Positions 1 through 11,400 of a stretch of 64,000 nt of DNA are shown here, one piece after another; position 1 is the first letter of the stretch, and every line of letters begins with the position of its first letter. The position numbers and the translations under genes were made by a program. The DNA lies in assembly GCA_026770705.1 (NCBI GenBank), contig JANJGN010000034.1, positions 5,952,001 through 6,016,000 of the forward strand. The letters run 5' to 3'. Source of the stretch: Isurus oxyrinchus. Taxonomy: Eukaryota. The notes beneath the pieces are model-generated. The model ran no database searches. It had not been told where the DNA came from and was given only the letters and a program-made list of their open reading frames with translations.

Positions 1-11
1 TTGTTAGATAT

Positions 12-169
12 NNNNNNNNNNNNNNNNNNNNNNNNNNNNNNNNNNNNNNNNNNNNNNNNNNNNNNNNNNNNNNNNNNNNNNNNNNNNNNNNNNNNNNNNN
101 NNNNNNNNNNNNNNNNNNNNNNNNNNNNNNNNNNNNNNNNNNNNNNNNNNNNNNNNNNNNNNNNNNNNN
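12..169. other. Assembly gap (N run)
   Basis: Run of n characters. Confidence 0.99.
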
Positions 170-199
170 AGTATTTTGACAATTCTTTAACACATCCGA

Positions 200-900
200 A
201 TGACACAAGGCATGGAGGTGCAGCAAACAAACAGGTTGATATTAAGCGACTGCAGCAAGAAAAAAATAGTTGAGCAGCATAAGCATCAAGTGGCGGATCA
301 AAAGTTATGCACATAAATATGAAGAGATGCTTTTTGGCAAAACCAATACAGGAAGGCAAATACCATTATTTCTGTGTGCAACTGAACAGATAAGGAGCAG
401 AATATTTTTGAAGTTGTCGTGAAATATTATAAGTGTACCTATCAAGTTATTCGGATTATTGGGCTTAATATGTGGAGGCGTTCAGCACAAAAGTTGAAAA
501 TTGTGCATAGCCTTTTGAAGCTCAAGTTATGCAGCAGTTAACGTTGTTGCATCAGGTTATCAACATATATTTGGAAGGAGCGACTGATCATAAAGAGGTT
601 GGTGAGGAGAATTGGCAGAATGGTTCCATGTACAAGTGAATTTAACGACCAAGGAACATTGGTCACGAACGTTTGTTTTCCATAGTGAATGGAAGGCTGC
701 GAGGTGATCCATAAGTTAATATCAAGGTTAGGGAAGGGAGAAAAAGAGATCCCGTTCCTGTATGCTTAAGGTACAGGGATGACGAGGACACAATTTTCCG
801 TTTTGTGCACGGGTGATTATAATATGTTGAAGATGTTATCTTTGCAAGCAATACTTACATGCCATGGACGAATAGATAAAAATATTTTTAAAAATTAGAA
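200..900 (+). mobile_element. Decayed CR1-type LINE 3' fragment
   Basis: Remnant resembling CR1 post-RT sequence (ctgcagcaaga...aagtggcggatc...gatgctttttgg); many stops; truncated homologue at ~56565-57010. Confidence 0.6.
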
Positions 901-1269
901 TAGAGGGGGAGGACCTTTGTTAATTAACTCACCATCTAGTAAGTTGCTAAAATAATAGTCATTCAGTAATTTCAAAATGAAATCAGCATGGGCTGATTAA
1001 TTCGACAGGCAGACGGTTATAGTGTTGGAAAACAGGAATGACTGCTTGGCCCTAGAGAATGCCGTATGGGTTCCACCGGCCTTAGGGCATCTGATGCTCC
1101 GGACCTGTGGCCTCAAACCCTCCATATTTCTGTTACTTGCCATCAGAAATGCTCAATGAGTTGTATTAAAGGCTTCACAGAAAATTGGATAAGGGCCGAA
1201 ACTGGAGACACACATCAAGATCGAACTAGTCAAAGGCTTAAACAACGACAATTTCAGCCCTGTTGACCC

Positions 1270-3862
1270 TTCTAAGATAGCTTGACTAAAAACTGGGGGC
1301 TGGTGGCAAAGTGGGAGAGGTATCCAACAGTTCAGTCGAACAGCAGTCATATTTATAATCAGCGATTCACCGTTCCTGTCAAAGGCATGGCAGGGCCATC
1401 AGTCGACAGGCCCAGCCTAGATGGCAGTGCTATAGCGTATGGATGAAAGTGCAATAGGGACCCTTAATACCGTCACATGACATCAAACCAAACATTGCTG
1501 AGGAAACGTCCTGCTGTTTACCTCGTACTGCAGTCCACACCCACCCTTGCAGCTGAAGAATCAGTACTCTTCCATGTTAAACGCCACTTGGAGAAACATA
1601 GAGGGTGGCAATGGCGGACAATTCGCTTCCATCACCAACACGTAAAATGTCTTTGTAGCACCACCGTAGCGTGAGCGATACGAGTGCGAAAGGACATACA
1701 TGAGAGGCTGGATCTGTGGCTACTGGTCAAGGGAGTAAAGAAGAGAGGGAATGAACCACAGGAAACTGCCTGCTGCTGAGGTGTCTGTCCATGAAAAGAA
1801 TCGTTTGCAGTTACCACTGCACAGTCATTGTGGAGACATTGTGGATACCGACCAACTTGTGGCGCCGCATTACCACCGTGCCAAAGAGGATAATGTAGGA
1901 ACACATCAAGCAGGTAAAGCCGAGGTAGTCATGAGTCTATGTGGTCCATCAGCAGAAGCAGAACTGTACTCAATCAAAATGTTTAACCTCATGGCCGGGC
2001 ATATCCTCAACTCTTCAATTACCAGCCTGCCTGGGTATCCAGCCTGGTTCCAAGAAAAATGCAAGGCGGTATTGCAGGAGTGGCACCAAACATGACTATA
2101 AAAGAGGAGGCAACCGGGTAAAGAGACATAGCAGATCCACTTGCGTACCAGACAGCATTAACAGCACTTGATAGACTGAGCGGGGCCATTACAGAATGAA
2201 CAGAACAGATCTAAGCTCTGCAGTGCTGTCACAACCAATTGTTAATTGTAGTGGGCAATTAAATAATCCACTGGAAAAAGATCCACAAATGTCTCCATGC
2301 TTTTTGATGAATGATTGCCAACCATTGGGGCAAGATTTAAGGCTGAAATACTTGCAATAAGTGTTGTGCGGGTGACCCATATTGGCCCCCTCCCGAGATG
2401 CCCGGCATTGTGGTTGCCAGAGTTCCGTTAAATGTATTCGTCCCACGTGATATCATGAAATGGCTGAAGGAACTGGATGCTGCAAAGGTTATGTGCACTG
2501 ACAAAATTCTGGCAATAGTATTAAGGATGTGAGCAAGACCTTTTTTGCGCCCTTAGCATGACTGTTCCTTTATGGCTACAACACTGGCATATTGCTGCCA
2601 AACTAGTGACTCGCCCAGCTATGTATTGTGCACACAAAGCAGGGCAATTCTAAACCAGCCACTGATCGTCCCATCAGGATACTACAATCATCAGTGAATT
2701 GAGGGAAGTGTCAGGATCTGCTATCACGCGGCACTTGCTCAGCAATTAACTGTTCATTGCTCAGTTTGGGTTCCGGCAGTGTCCTTCAGTTTCTGAGCTC
2801 ATCGCAAACTTACTTTTAACTGGGACAAAAGAGTTGATCTCCAGTGGTGAGGTGAGAGTGATTGTCCTTGAAAACAATTTGAATTTGGCCGATTGTTCCA
2901 TCAGGGAACACTAGGAAAAATTGGAGTCAATGGGAATCACGGGGAGAAATCTGCGTTGGTGGAAGTCATACCTAGCAGGAAGAAAGATTGTTCTCGTTGT
3001 CGGAGGTCAATGACCAACAGTTACAGGGCATCATTGTAGGAGTCCTCAGGGTAGAGCTCTAGGCCTGATTTTTCAAGGAACTTCCTTCCATCATAAGTTC
3101 AGAAGATTGGTATTTGCTGTTGACCGCACAATCTAAAGCACAATGCAGGACGCCTTAAATAAGGAAGCAGTCAATTTCTAAATGCAGCAAGAGAAGTGCC
3201 TAGCAATGACAACCTTTATTTCGACATTATAAAACCATCACCTTATGACAATCAATGGCAATGCCTACACAAACAGATCAGGGGCTGGGAACACTGCAAA
3301 TTGGAAATCATCTCCTGAGGACTGAAAGCTTGTCAACTAGCCGCAAGGTACAATTAATCTTTTTGATTGAATACTCCTTAGTTGACTCGATGTAGGTAGT
3401 TCCAACAACACTCAAGAAACCTGACAACACCCACGGCAATACAACCCACTTGATTGGCATCCCGTCCACGCACATTCACTGCATCCAGCACCGACGGACG
3501 GTGCCATCAGTGAATAATATCTGCAAAATGTACAGCAGGAACTAAACAAGGCTCCTTTGGCAGCAGCTTCCAACCCCACGTTCAATGCCGACCAGAAGCT
3601 CAAGGGCAGCAGGAATCAGGGAACAAAACAACTTTAAAGTTTCTCGACAAGTCACTCATTATCCTGACTTGAAATATATTGTGATTCCTTCACTGTCGTA
3701 GGATCCAAATGATGGAAATACCTCGCTAACAGCACCATGGAAGGTCCTACTTCAGATGGACTTCAAGCAAGCAGTTCACCAACTCCTTCTGAAGTAGAAT
3801 TAGGGATGGGCAGTAGATTATGTTCTCATCAGCGATGCCCAGATCACATGAATCAATAAAGA
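1270..3862 (+). mobile_element. Decayed non-LTR retrotransposon (CR1/L2-group LINE) with endonuclease-RT remnant and 3' end
   Basis: RT-like remnants (cagtttgggttccggcag = QFGFRQ; gtcctcagggtagagctctaggcc, a PQGS.LGP-like motif); 3' end tagggatgggcagta...catgaatcaataaa; frameshifts and stops. Confidence 0.8.
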
Positions 3863-5009
3863 AGGACAAAATGTACGACATCCAGTCAATGTCACGCTGA
3901 TTTGCGAATGCTATAAGGAAATCAGATTCAGTTTCTCATGTATAGCAACAATAACCACACTTTTAAATTCTACATTGCCTGACTCGTATTTTGGAATATT
4001 CCGCGTTTGTAAAATATATTTGCAGTTCCTTCTGTCCTTTGTAAGGGGATATTGATATGTCAGTTCATACTCTCAAGCCAATAGTGCTCTGATTGATTTC
4101 TTCTGGATTTTTTTCTTTTGCCAGGGTGCATTTAAATTCCATGCCCAGTTGTGGACTCCAAATAGGAAAAAAAATAATAACTCAAATTATGCAGTTAAGT
4201 TTTGCTGTCCATATATCTGTGAAAGCTTTACATGCATTGCGTGCAGAGTGCTACTATTTGTGCAATTTGCTTGAACCAAACATCAATTACGTAATTCGTT
4301 TCTCCAGTTGCTGATTTTGGATCATACTTAGATATCGATGTTGTTTCTGACTTCAAGATTATGTGCACACATAACAAAACAGAGGTCCCAGAGAAGACAT
4401 GGTAACATGATATTAAAACTGAGCGATATACATTTTCTGAAAAATTGGCATGGCCATATACAAAACTGATGTATGAATGGTGAGCTGACAGGAGTCATTA
4501 CAATTGTGCAAGGTTTTCTGATGGAGTCCAGAACTTGGGCCAATAAATCAAATTAAGTCACGAAGCATCATTGGGAAATTCTGAGGATATATCCAGTAGC
4601 AGGATATTTATAATGCGGAATCAGTGCTACAAGGTGCACTAATGTAAACGATAAATGTCCATATAATGGCAAGTGCACGAGCGAGAAAGATGTTGAGCGA
4701 CATTCTGATTGGATTCGTTGAAGCTAGTCGTCAGGGATCATGTGGAACATAAGAACAGCAGCAGCAATTGGATGGGATAAAGGCCTGATCCATGGTATAA
4801 AATGGATACAAATCTTAGAAACAATAAACAGGAGAATTCAACAAAATGGGGCCAACCATAAAGCATGAGGCAGGATGTACTTGACGGTCCCCTATCAGAA
4901 GGACGTTTGTCAACATCCACTGCAACAATGATTGGACCTAGTGCACTAATAGTCAACGCACATAATTTGATTTTAATTGCTCAGTTTTACTGTGACACGC
5001 CATCTAAAA

Positions 5010-5455
5010 TATGCATTGAAATAATGTCGAAAATTGACAACCTATCTAAGATCGAACATTCCTCCTCCCTACAAACTTGAGCAGAAACATTTAGTATGAG
5101 ACTCTAATACACCTGCGGCAGAGGACTGCACTAATGGAATTGAAGCAATTTGATGGACACCTTTAGCTGAGTCACTGTCTGTCCTGTTTTTTTCTTAATT
5201 CGATTCTATGTTTCTGCTGAGGGAGTAAGAGAAGCTATCGGAGTTGCCCTGTGCAAAATGTAATCCTCCATCAATGTCAGAAAACGGTGACTAGGCCAGA
5301 GCTTATTATTGCCTGTGCAGCTGATGGTGAGCGAACTGGATGCAATTTGCTCTGCATTACAGCATTTCTTCAGAAGAATGACGTTGGCTACGAAGCATTT
5401 TTGAAAGCCTAAAATTCATGATAGGCGCTGTTGAAACGCATGTTTTGTTTTCTTC
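5010..5455 (+). mobile_element. Decayed tRNA-derived SINE (DeuSINE/SacSINE1-like); homologues ~32190-32640 and ~58050-58500
   Basis: Recalled family motifs: aaacttgagcagaaa...gactgcact core and 3' tail ttggct...aagcattttt...tgataggcgct...gcatgttttg. Confidence 0.55.
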
Positions 5456-5463
5456 TCTTGCAG

Positions 5464-5490
5464 AAAGAAATCTCGGGGAAAAAGATTCAG
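5464..5490 (+). CDS. Microexon A1, 27 nt (xRNLGEKDS)
   Basis: ttctcttgcag|AAAGAAATCTCGGGGAAAAAGATTCAG|gtaaac; homologues at 32651 and 58511. Confidence 0.85.
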
Positions 5491-8400
5491 GTAAACAAGA
5501 TAATGTATTCTGCACTGCCCTTTCGTGCCAATGTTGGCTCAGCCTGTAACGGTTTCAATATGAGCTTGGATCTCTTGTTTTCAAATGTAACTCGAAATCC
5601 TGATCACTAAGACTTGGCTGACACTGCTGGTTGTCAATAATGCAAGAGTGCCGACCTGCCAGGCCTGTCCTCACCAAGGCGAGATGCTAAAGGAAGATAA
5701 TAATTCCCCACACACCAAGGCATATTTCGATAAACATTTAAGAGTTGCCTCAAATGTATTGGTATGACTGACATTCAAATCAACAGTGATTCATACAGAA
5801 ACCGTGTTTCCTATTCAATTTCTACGTGTGAGAATTGTTGTTTCACTTCCTACATTACAGCAACAACTACAATTCGCAAGAGTCCAATATGGGAGGAAAA
5901 TTTATTTGACATTTTCTGAATTCATGGATGAAATGATATAAATCAAAGCCCTTCATTGTTCAGTTTCTGAAGGTATGCTAATGAGTCTCTTTGCGCTGGA
6001 ACTGTTCCGGCAGCAGTTAATGCTGTAATGAAAATTTTTTTGCAGAAAAACAAATGAAAAGGAATGATAAAATGTTCCTATGCTCATTTTCAGAAATAAA
6101 TGATCTCCAGACTAAACTTCAAAAATGCGGTAGGTATTTAAAATTTGGAAAACCGATGACCTAATTGGAAAAGAATTCGATTTTTACGTGGAAATTATAG
6201 AATTGAACTCATAGCAACGGATAGCCTCCGACACCCGGGGACACTGAATTGGATGAAGTGATTCTGAAAAGAGCCTGATTGAGTAAATGCTGGCAGGATT
6301 TCAGCATGCAGATCTTTAGCTGCTTCCTGAACTGTTGGTCACATTTCAGCAATGATCATTTATAAGATAAAATCTCGATCAGTGAGATTAGGAATATGTA
6401 AGATTGGGTACAGTTAATGTAGTTTTTTATTGCGTCGGCCACAACAATTAAGGCGTTGTGGAGAGTTCGGCTAGAGATGTGTTCAGATTTCTCAGCTCTC
6501 CGCACGTGTATCTACAGGTAAGGAGTACTGTGGGTGCGACAAGCTATAGCTTGAGTGCGTTCTGAGTGAGGTAGCCTTGAGGAGGCTGACTATAGCTGAG
6601 TCATGGAGAGAGATATCCGCTCTTTGTGTGGCCGGCTCTGGCTGAATTGGGAAATGGGTGTGTTTGGCTATGTGTGAGCCTGCTTCTATGTGTGATCCGC
6701 GATGATTCACATCCTGTATTTACTTTGTAATGATATGTGCTGGCCTTTATGCGTAAAACCATGTATCAGCGAGGTCGAATGCAGCTGAGCTTGAGGAAGC
6801 AGGACATCTGTATTATTCTGTGGAATCAACTTAGAGGTCCAATATGATCAGGGTTCATAGACTTAAGTCAGCTATGTGCGATTTTGTGTATCTTTGAGGT
6901 GTAGTATTTAAGTGTGTAACATCCTTTGGTGCGGAATGGCATAGGAAGCATAATTTTTATTTGAAGCCTAATTTGAATGAGGTCAAGCATATGCAATATG
7001 GATAAGTATGAGCTGATATAAATGAGATCAGATCGTATTGAGTTGGAGAAGTGGCAAGTTCAGCTTGGGATAATGTAGCCTATGGATGCAGTTGCACCTA
7101 TGAGAATTACGGTCATGTGGAATCAACTTTTCCCGAAAGATGATGTGAGTGAATTTTGTAATTGTCGATGTTCGGAATGGGTATGTTTGAGTACAGAGGA
7201 TATTGCTTTTGTTTCAGGATGCAGAAAATGAATTGGGCATTGGTAATTTATTGTATGTTTGAGGATGGTAGAGCTTAGTTTTGCAATAGTTACATCGCAT
7301 ACGGGATTGAGATCAGGTAGGAGTTATATCCTGTTTGTTTGGTGTTACGCACGAATGAGATACAGACTTTTCTCATTTATGATTGAACCTGTGGGGGCCC
7401 AGGCCGGGCAGAGGTCGGAAATGAATGTAGATTCTCCTAAAATATTCAGCAGGTGGGGCAATACTTCTGGAGAGAGGAACAAACGTTGAACTTTCAGGTA
7501 GGTGAGCCTTTCCAGCAGGCAGAAAGGGTCACATGGCACAAATTTTGTTAAAGCACAGGAGTGTCGTAGCCAGTATATATGGTTATCCAACAAAATAAAA
7601 GCAGGTTATCTGACCTTTGCAACATTGCGTTTTTGTGAGTGTTGGTAGGGGGCGGTGGGTGGGTTGGCTGTTAGGGGGAGGTGGTGGCTAATTGGCTGAT
7701 GTATCTCATACATTACGTTTTTGGTTACAATTAAAATATTTGTCATTGCGAAATGCTTTGGAATTGCTCTGGTTGTGACGTCAATGAACAAGCACAATGC
7801 TCTACTTAAATTAATACTTGCACACTATTTTAATTTTAATGGCGACATGCTTGCAACATTGAAGCTAAGGACTGGCTTAGCTACATTCAATGTTCACTAA
7901 ATAAAAATTTCCAACATGTGCGGGGCTTCAAATATTTCAGACTCAGTGATTTTATCTTTCACCCGTCGACAGAAGAGAACCTAAAAGCGATAGAGAAAGG
8001 TACTGAACTTAAGCACATCTTGCATTAAAGAGATGACAATTACTTTTGCATTTGATAATTGATTCTATCAGCCGTTCTCCAAAGCGTCTTATTATAAATT
8101 ATTTCAAAAGCAATCAACTGAGCAATCCTGCATGAAGCAGTTTGGCAGAATATATGTGGAGAAAATGATTCGTGGGAGGCATCAAACCCAGCGGATTCAT
8201 AAATAAAAGCATATAATGTAGTATGGTAACTCCAATATGGAATTCATGAACTTTATCTTTATACGGAGAATGTCCAACGTCCGCTATTTGGAAAATGTTG
8301 GAAGTGAATCAAGATAAATGCACGTGAGAAAAAGATTGAAAAGATGATATTAATAGCGTGAAAGGAAGTAGGGTGGAAGGAGTACCATGTGAAATATAAA

Positions 8401-11400
8401 TGCCAATGAGTGGAATGCCTGCCTAATGGCCTCTTTTGGCTCTGAAAATGCAGTATAATGATTCTATTTTGAGCGGTTTTAAATAGGTATTACTAAATTT
8501 ACCGGTCAATAGGCACTCGGCTGATTTACGCTTTTCCTGAATGTAACAGGGCATCGTGTAGGGTATTGAACGGGCAAAAGTTGCATATCACCCGTTTTAC
8601 TTCAGATTCCAAAGTTAGACATTCTCCTGCTGTTAGCTTTTTAGGAAGATTAAATACTTTTCTCAATTCAGAATAAAACAGGATATCTACTTTCTACAGA
8701 ATATTGGAATACGAACTTTGAATCCAAACCTCTAACTAACAAGAATGGCAAAAACTACTTCCACATACGTAGCACGGTTAACATAACAGAACATCGGCAA
8801 GTGCATCAAACTGTCGTATGAACACAACAATTGACACAAGTCCGCATAAGGATAATTTTGAACGCTTGGCAAAAACTTTGATCAAAGGGGCATTAAGAGC
8901 CATCTTAAAAGTGGAACAACGTGCAGCAGGGCATCGATTTGGAAATATTTACTGATTCCGTGATGCAGCAGCTGAAGTCAGTGTTGCAATATTGTAGCAA
9001 ATTAAATCAGTATGCTTCAAATGGCCAGAATTACATTTTGGAGTCCTCAGGTGCGGAAAGAGATTACACAGCTAATGATGATTGAGTCCATTGATAAATT
9101 TGGGACAAGAAGAATAAATTAGCTCTTTCAACCCAAAGCAACCCTTTTCCCTGGGACGTCTTGTATAGCTGTGGATTTGACTTGAATGACTAAAAAAGTA
9201 ATTTTCTGTATGTATTCATTTTATTGAATTGCATGAGGTTTGCTGCACTGCAACAGGACATTTGGTGCTGCAGGCCCAAGTTGACATGCCTTCTCTGCTC
9301 GGGGAGCATTGTATCCACTGACGTCGGATTGCAAATGGGTTAGAATTTAGAAATAGTGGAATTGATTCTAAATGTGCATAGAGACTTGGTTCAAAAAAGT
9401 ACAGAGATAACACATAGATATCGAAGCCAAAGATATGCACAAAAGAAGCTAGAAAAAATACAATGATGAAATGGGAACTATGAGGTCATAACCAATGGCA
9501 TCGAATGTGAAGACGCTGTTTCATTGGTGCACAAAGCAGACGATGATCTGCTGGTCCTGATAGCTCATCGGACCGATGAAAAAGTTTGGTAGTGTAAATG
9601 TAAAGAAAATTCTTCGACTTGCAAGGGAAGTGAGACAGCGTACTTCAAAGCAAAATTACCACTAATGCACCCTATCGTTCTTTTAGAGAACTTTCTTTAC
9701 ACAGTGAAAAATGACACTGTGGAATTCAGAACATCAGGGAGAAGTTGGAGCAATAGTATACGATCGTTAAAAATCACGGATGTGAATAAAATCATTGATA
9801 CAGAGAAAAGAGGAAAATTCAGCGCGTTGTGTCAGCTGTCTGCCCAAGCATCTCTTGCTAGCCCCACTCTCCATTCCTTGTTGCTCAGTAATTGCATCTC
9901 TTCAGATATTTAGCTAATTCCAATTTGAAAGCCATTACTGAATCTCCCTCCGCTAATTTATCTGGCATTGCATTGCAGATCTTAACAATTATTTTATTCC
10001 AAATAAATGTACTTCCTTTCTACACATCCTAATTTTATGTTCGCTTGTTCTTGACTCTTTTACCAACTGGAAAAGTAAACATACAAGCAGACTATCTAGG
10101 GGCAGGGTTAGTTCAGTCTCCCATTCAAGCTCTGCTATTCAGTGAGGCTGCGGGTAATGGTATTGTAACCTCCTGCCTGCGATGATAACCTTTACCCCCT
10201 TGTTATTCATGAATCTACCTAGCTCTGCCTTTACAATAACCAAAGACTCTGCTTTAAATGCCGTTTACGGAAGACAGCTTGGCCTTCTGTGAAGGAAACA
10301 TCTTCTCATCTCTGTTTGTAATGAGCGACGCCTTATTTTTAAATGGTAACTGTTAGTTCCAGATTCTCCCACAAGAGGAAATATCCTCTCCACATCCAGT
10401 AAGTCCATACCCCTCGGGACCTTTATTATTTTGATAAATTCACCTTTACCCTCTTAAACACAATTGGATAAAAGTCAAACTGTCCAACCATTCATCATAC
10501 GACAACTCGACAATTACTGGTAAAGGCCTACTAGACCTTCCCTTCACTGTTTCTAACGCATTTACAAATTTCCTGAAATAAACAGACGAATAAGACACTG
10601 CAGATAGGGGCTCACGGGTGGCCTATAGAAAATAAACTTTAACCTCCCTGCTTTTGAGTTAATTCCCGTCCCAATGAATGATTAAACTCTACAGCTTTCT
10701 TGATTAATTGTTGTGCCTGCATACTAGCCATTTGTGTTTCATGCACTAGGAAACCCATTTCCTTCCGAAACTCAGAGTTCTGCAACCTCTCACCATTTAG
10801 ATAATATGCTTTTATTTTCATAATCCCTGGCAAAAAGGACAATTTTGTCTTTTCCTACTTTATAATCTATTTGCCTGCTCTTTGCACGGTCAATTATCTA
10901 GCAATATCGCTTTATAGCCTCCTCACATTCTCCCCATAACTTGGCTACCTATCGATTTTTGTGTGGTCCGCAAAGTTAGCAACCACAAACCTATCTATGC
11001 AGTCTGTTTCAAAGCCTCATAGTTTGTACCCCTCTATGAAACCTCCTCTCAACCATCTCATCTTAAATTACAATACACCAGTTACTGAAATCTGCCTATT
11101 AAGTCCCTGAACCGTCATTCTTGTATCCGTTTTCAAAAATATGTTTGAAGATTTCAGACCATTCCAAATTATTTGTCTTTGTTTTGACCGTGCAGTTGAG
11201 TTATTGAAAAACCCCAGCCCAAAACTTATAACAACTGTCATAACCTATAATTTTGATTGATATGTTTAACATGCAACTTTAAATTCAGGAAAGAGACCCC
11301 TTGTTCTCGAAAGGTTTCATATTCAGCTAAATAAAACCTTTATTAATTTCCACAGGTTAAATATATGCAGATGGCTACTATTTGCTACGCTCATAACTTT

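Noticed and set aside
1-273. 90-aa ORF at the window start
   Set aside because: Artefact of translating through the N gap.
6487-6517. Strong conserved donor CAG|gtaag (also ~33708 and ~59571) suggesting another exon
   Set aside because: Candidate acceptors give 22, 31 or 43 nt (not frame-preserving), and the two nearer AGs are not conserved in all copies. The B-to-C join already keeps the heptad register.
8700-8835. Acceptor-like tttctacag followed by an open stretch faintly resembling an Ig strand (NGKNYFHIRSTVNI)
   Set aside because: Frameshifted in unit 2 (~35880-36000) and deleted in unit 3; no donor.
9704-9913. Acceptor-like tttacacag followed by VKNDTVEF..., a possible terminal exon
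   Set aside because: The copies diverge with indels and a deletion in unit 3; no conserved donor or stop.
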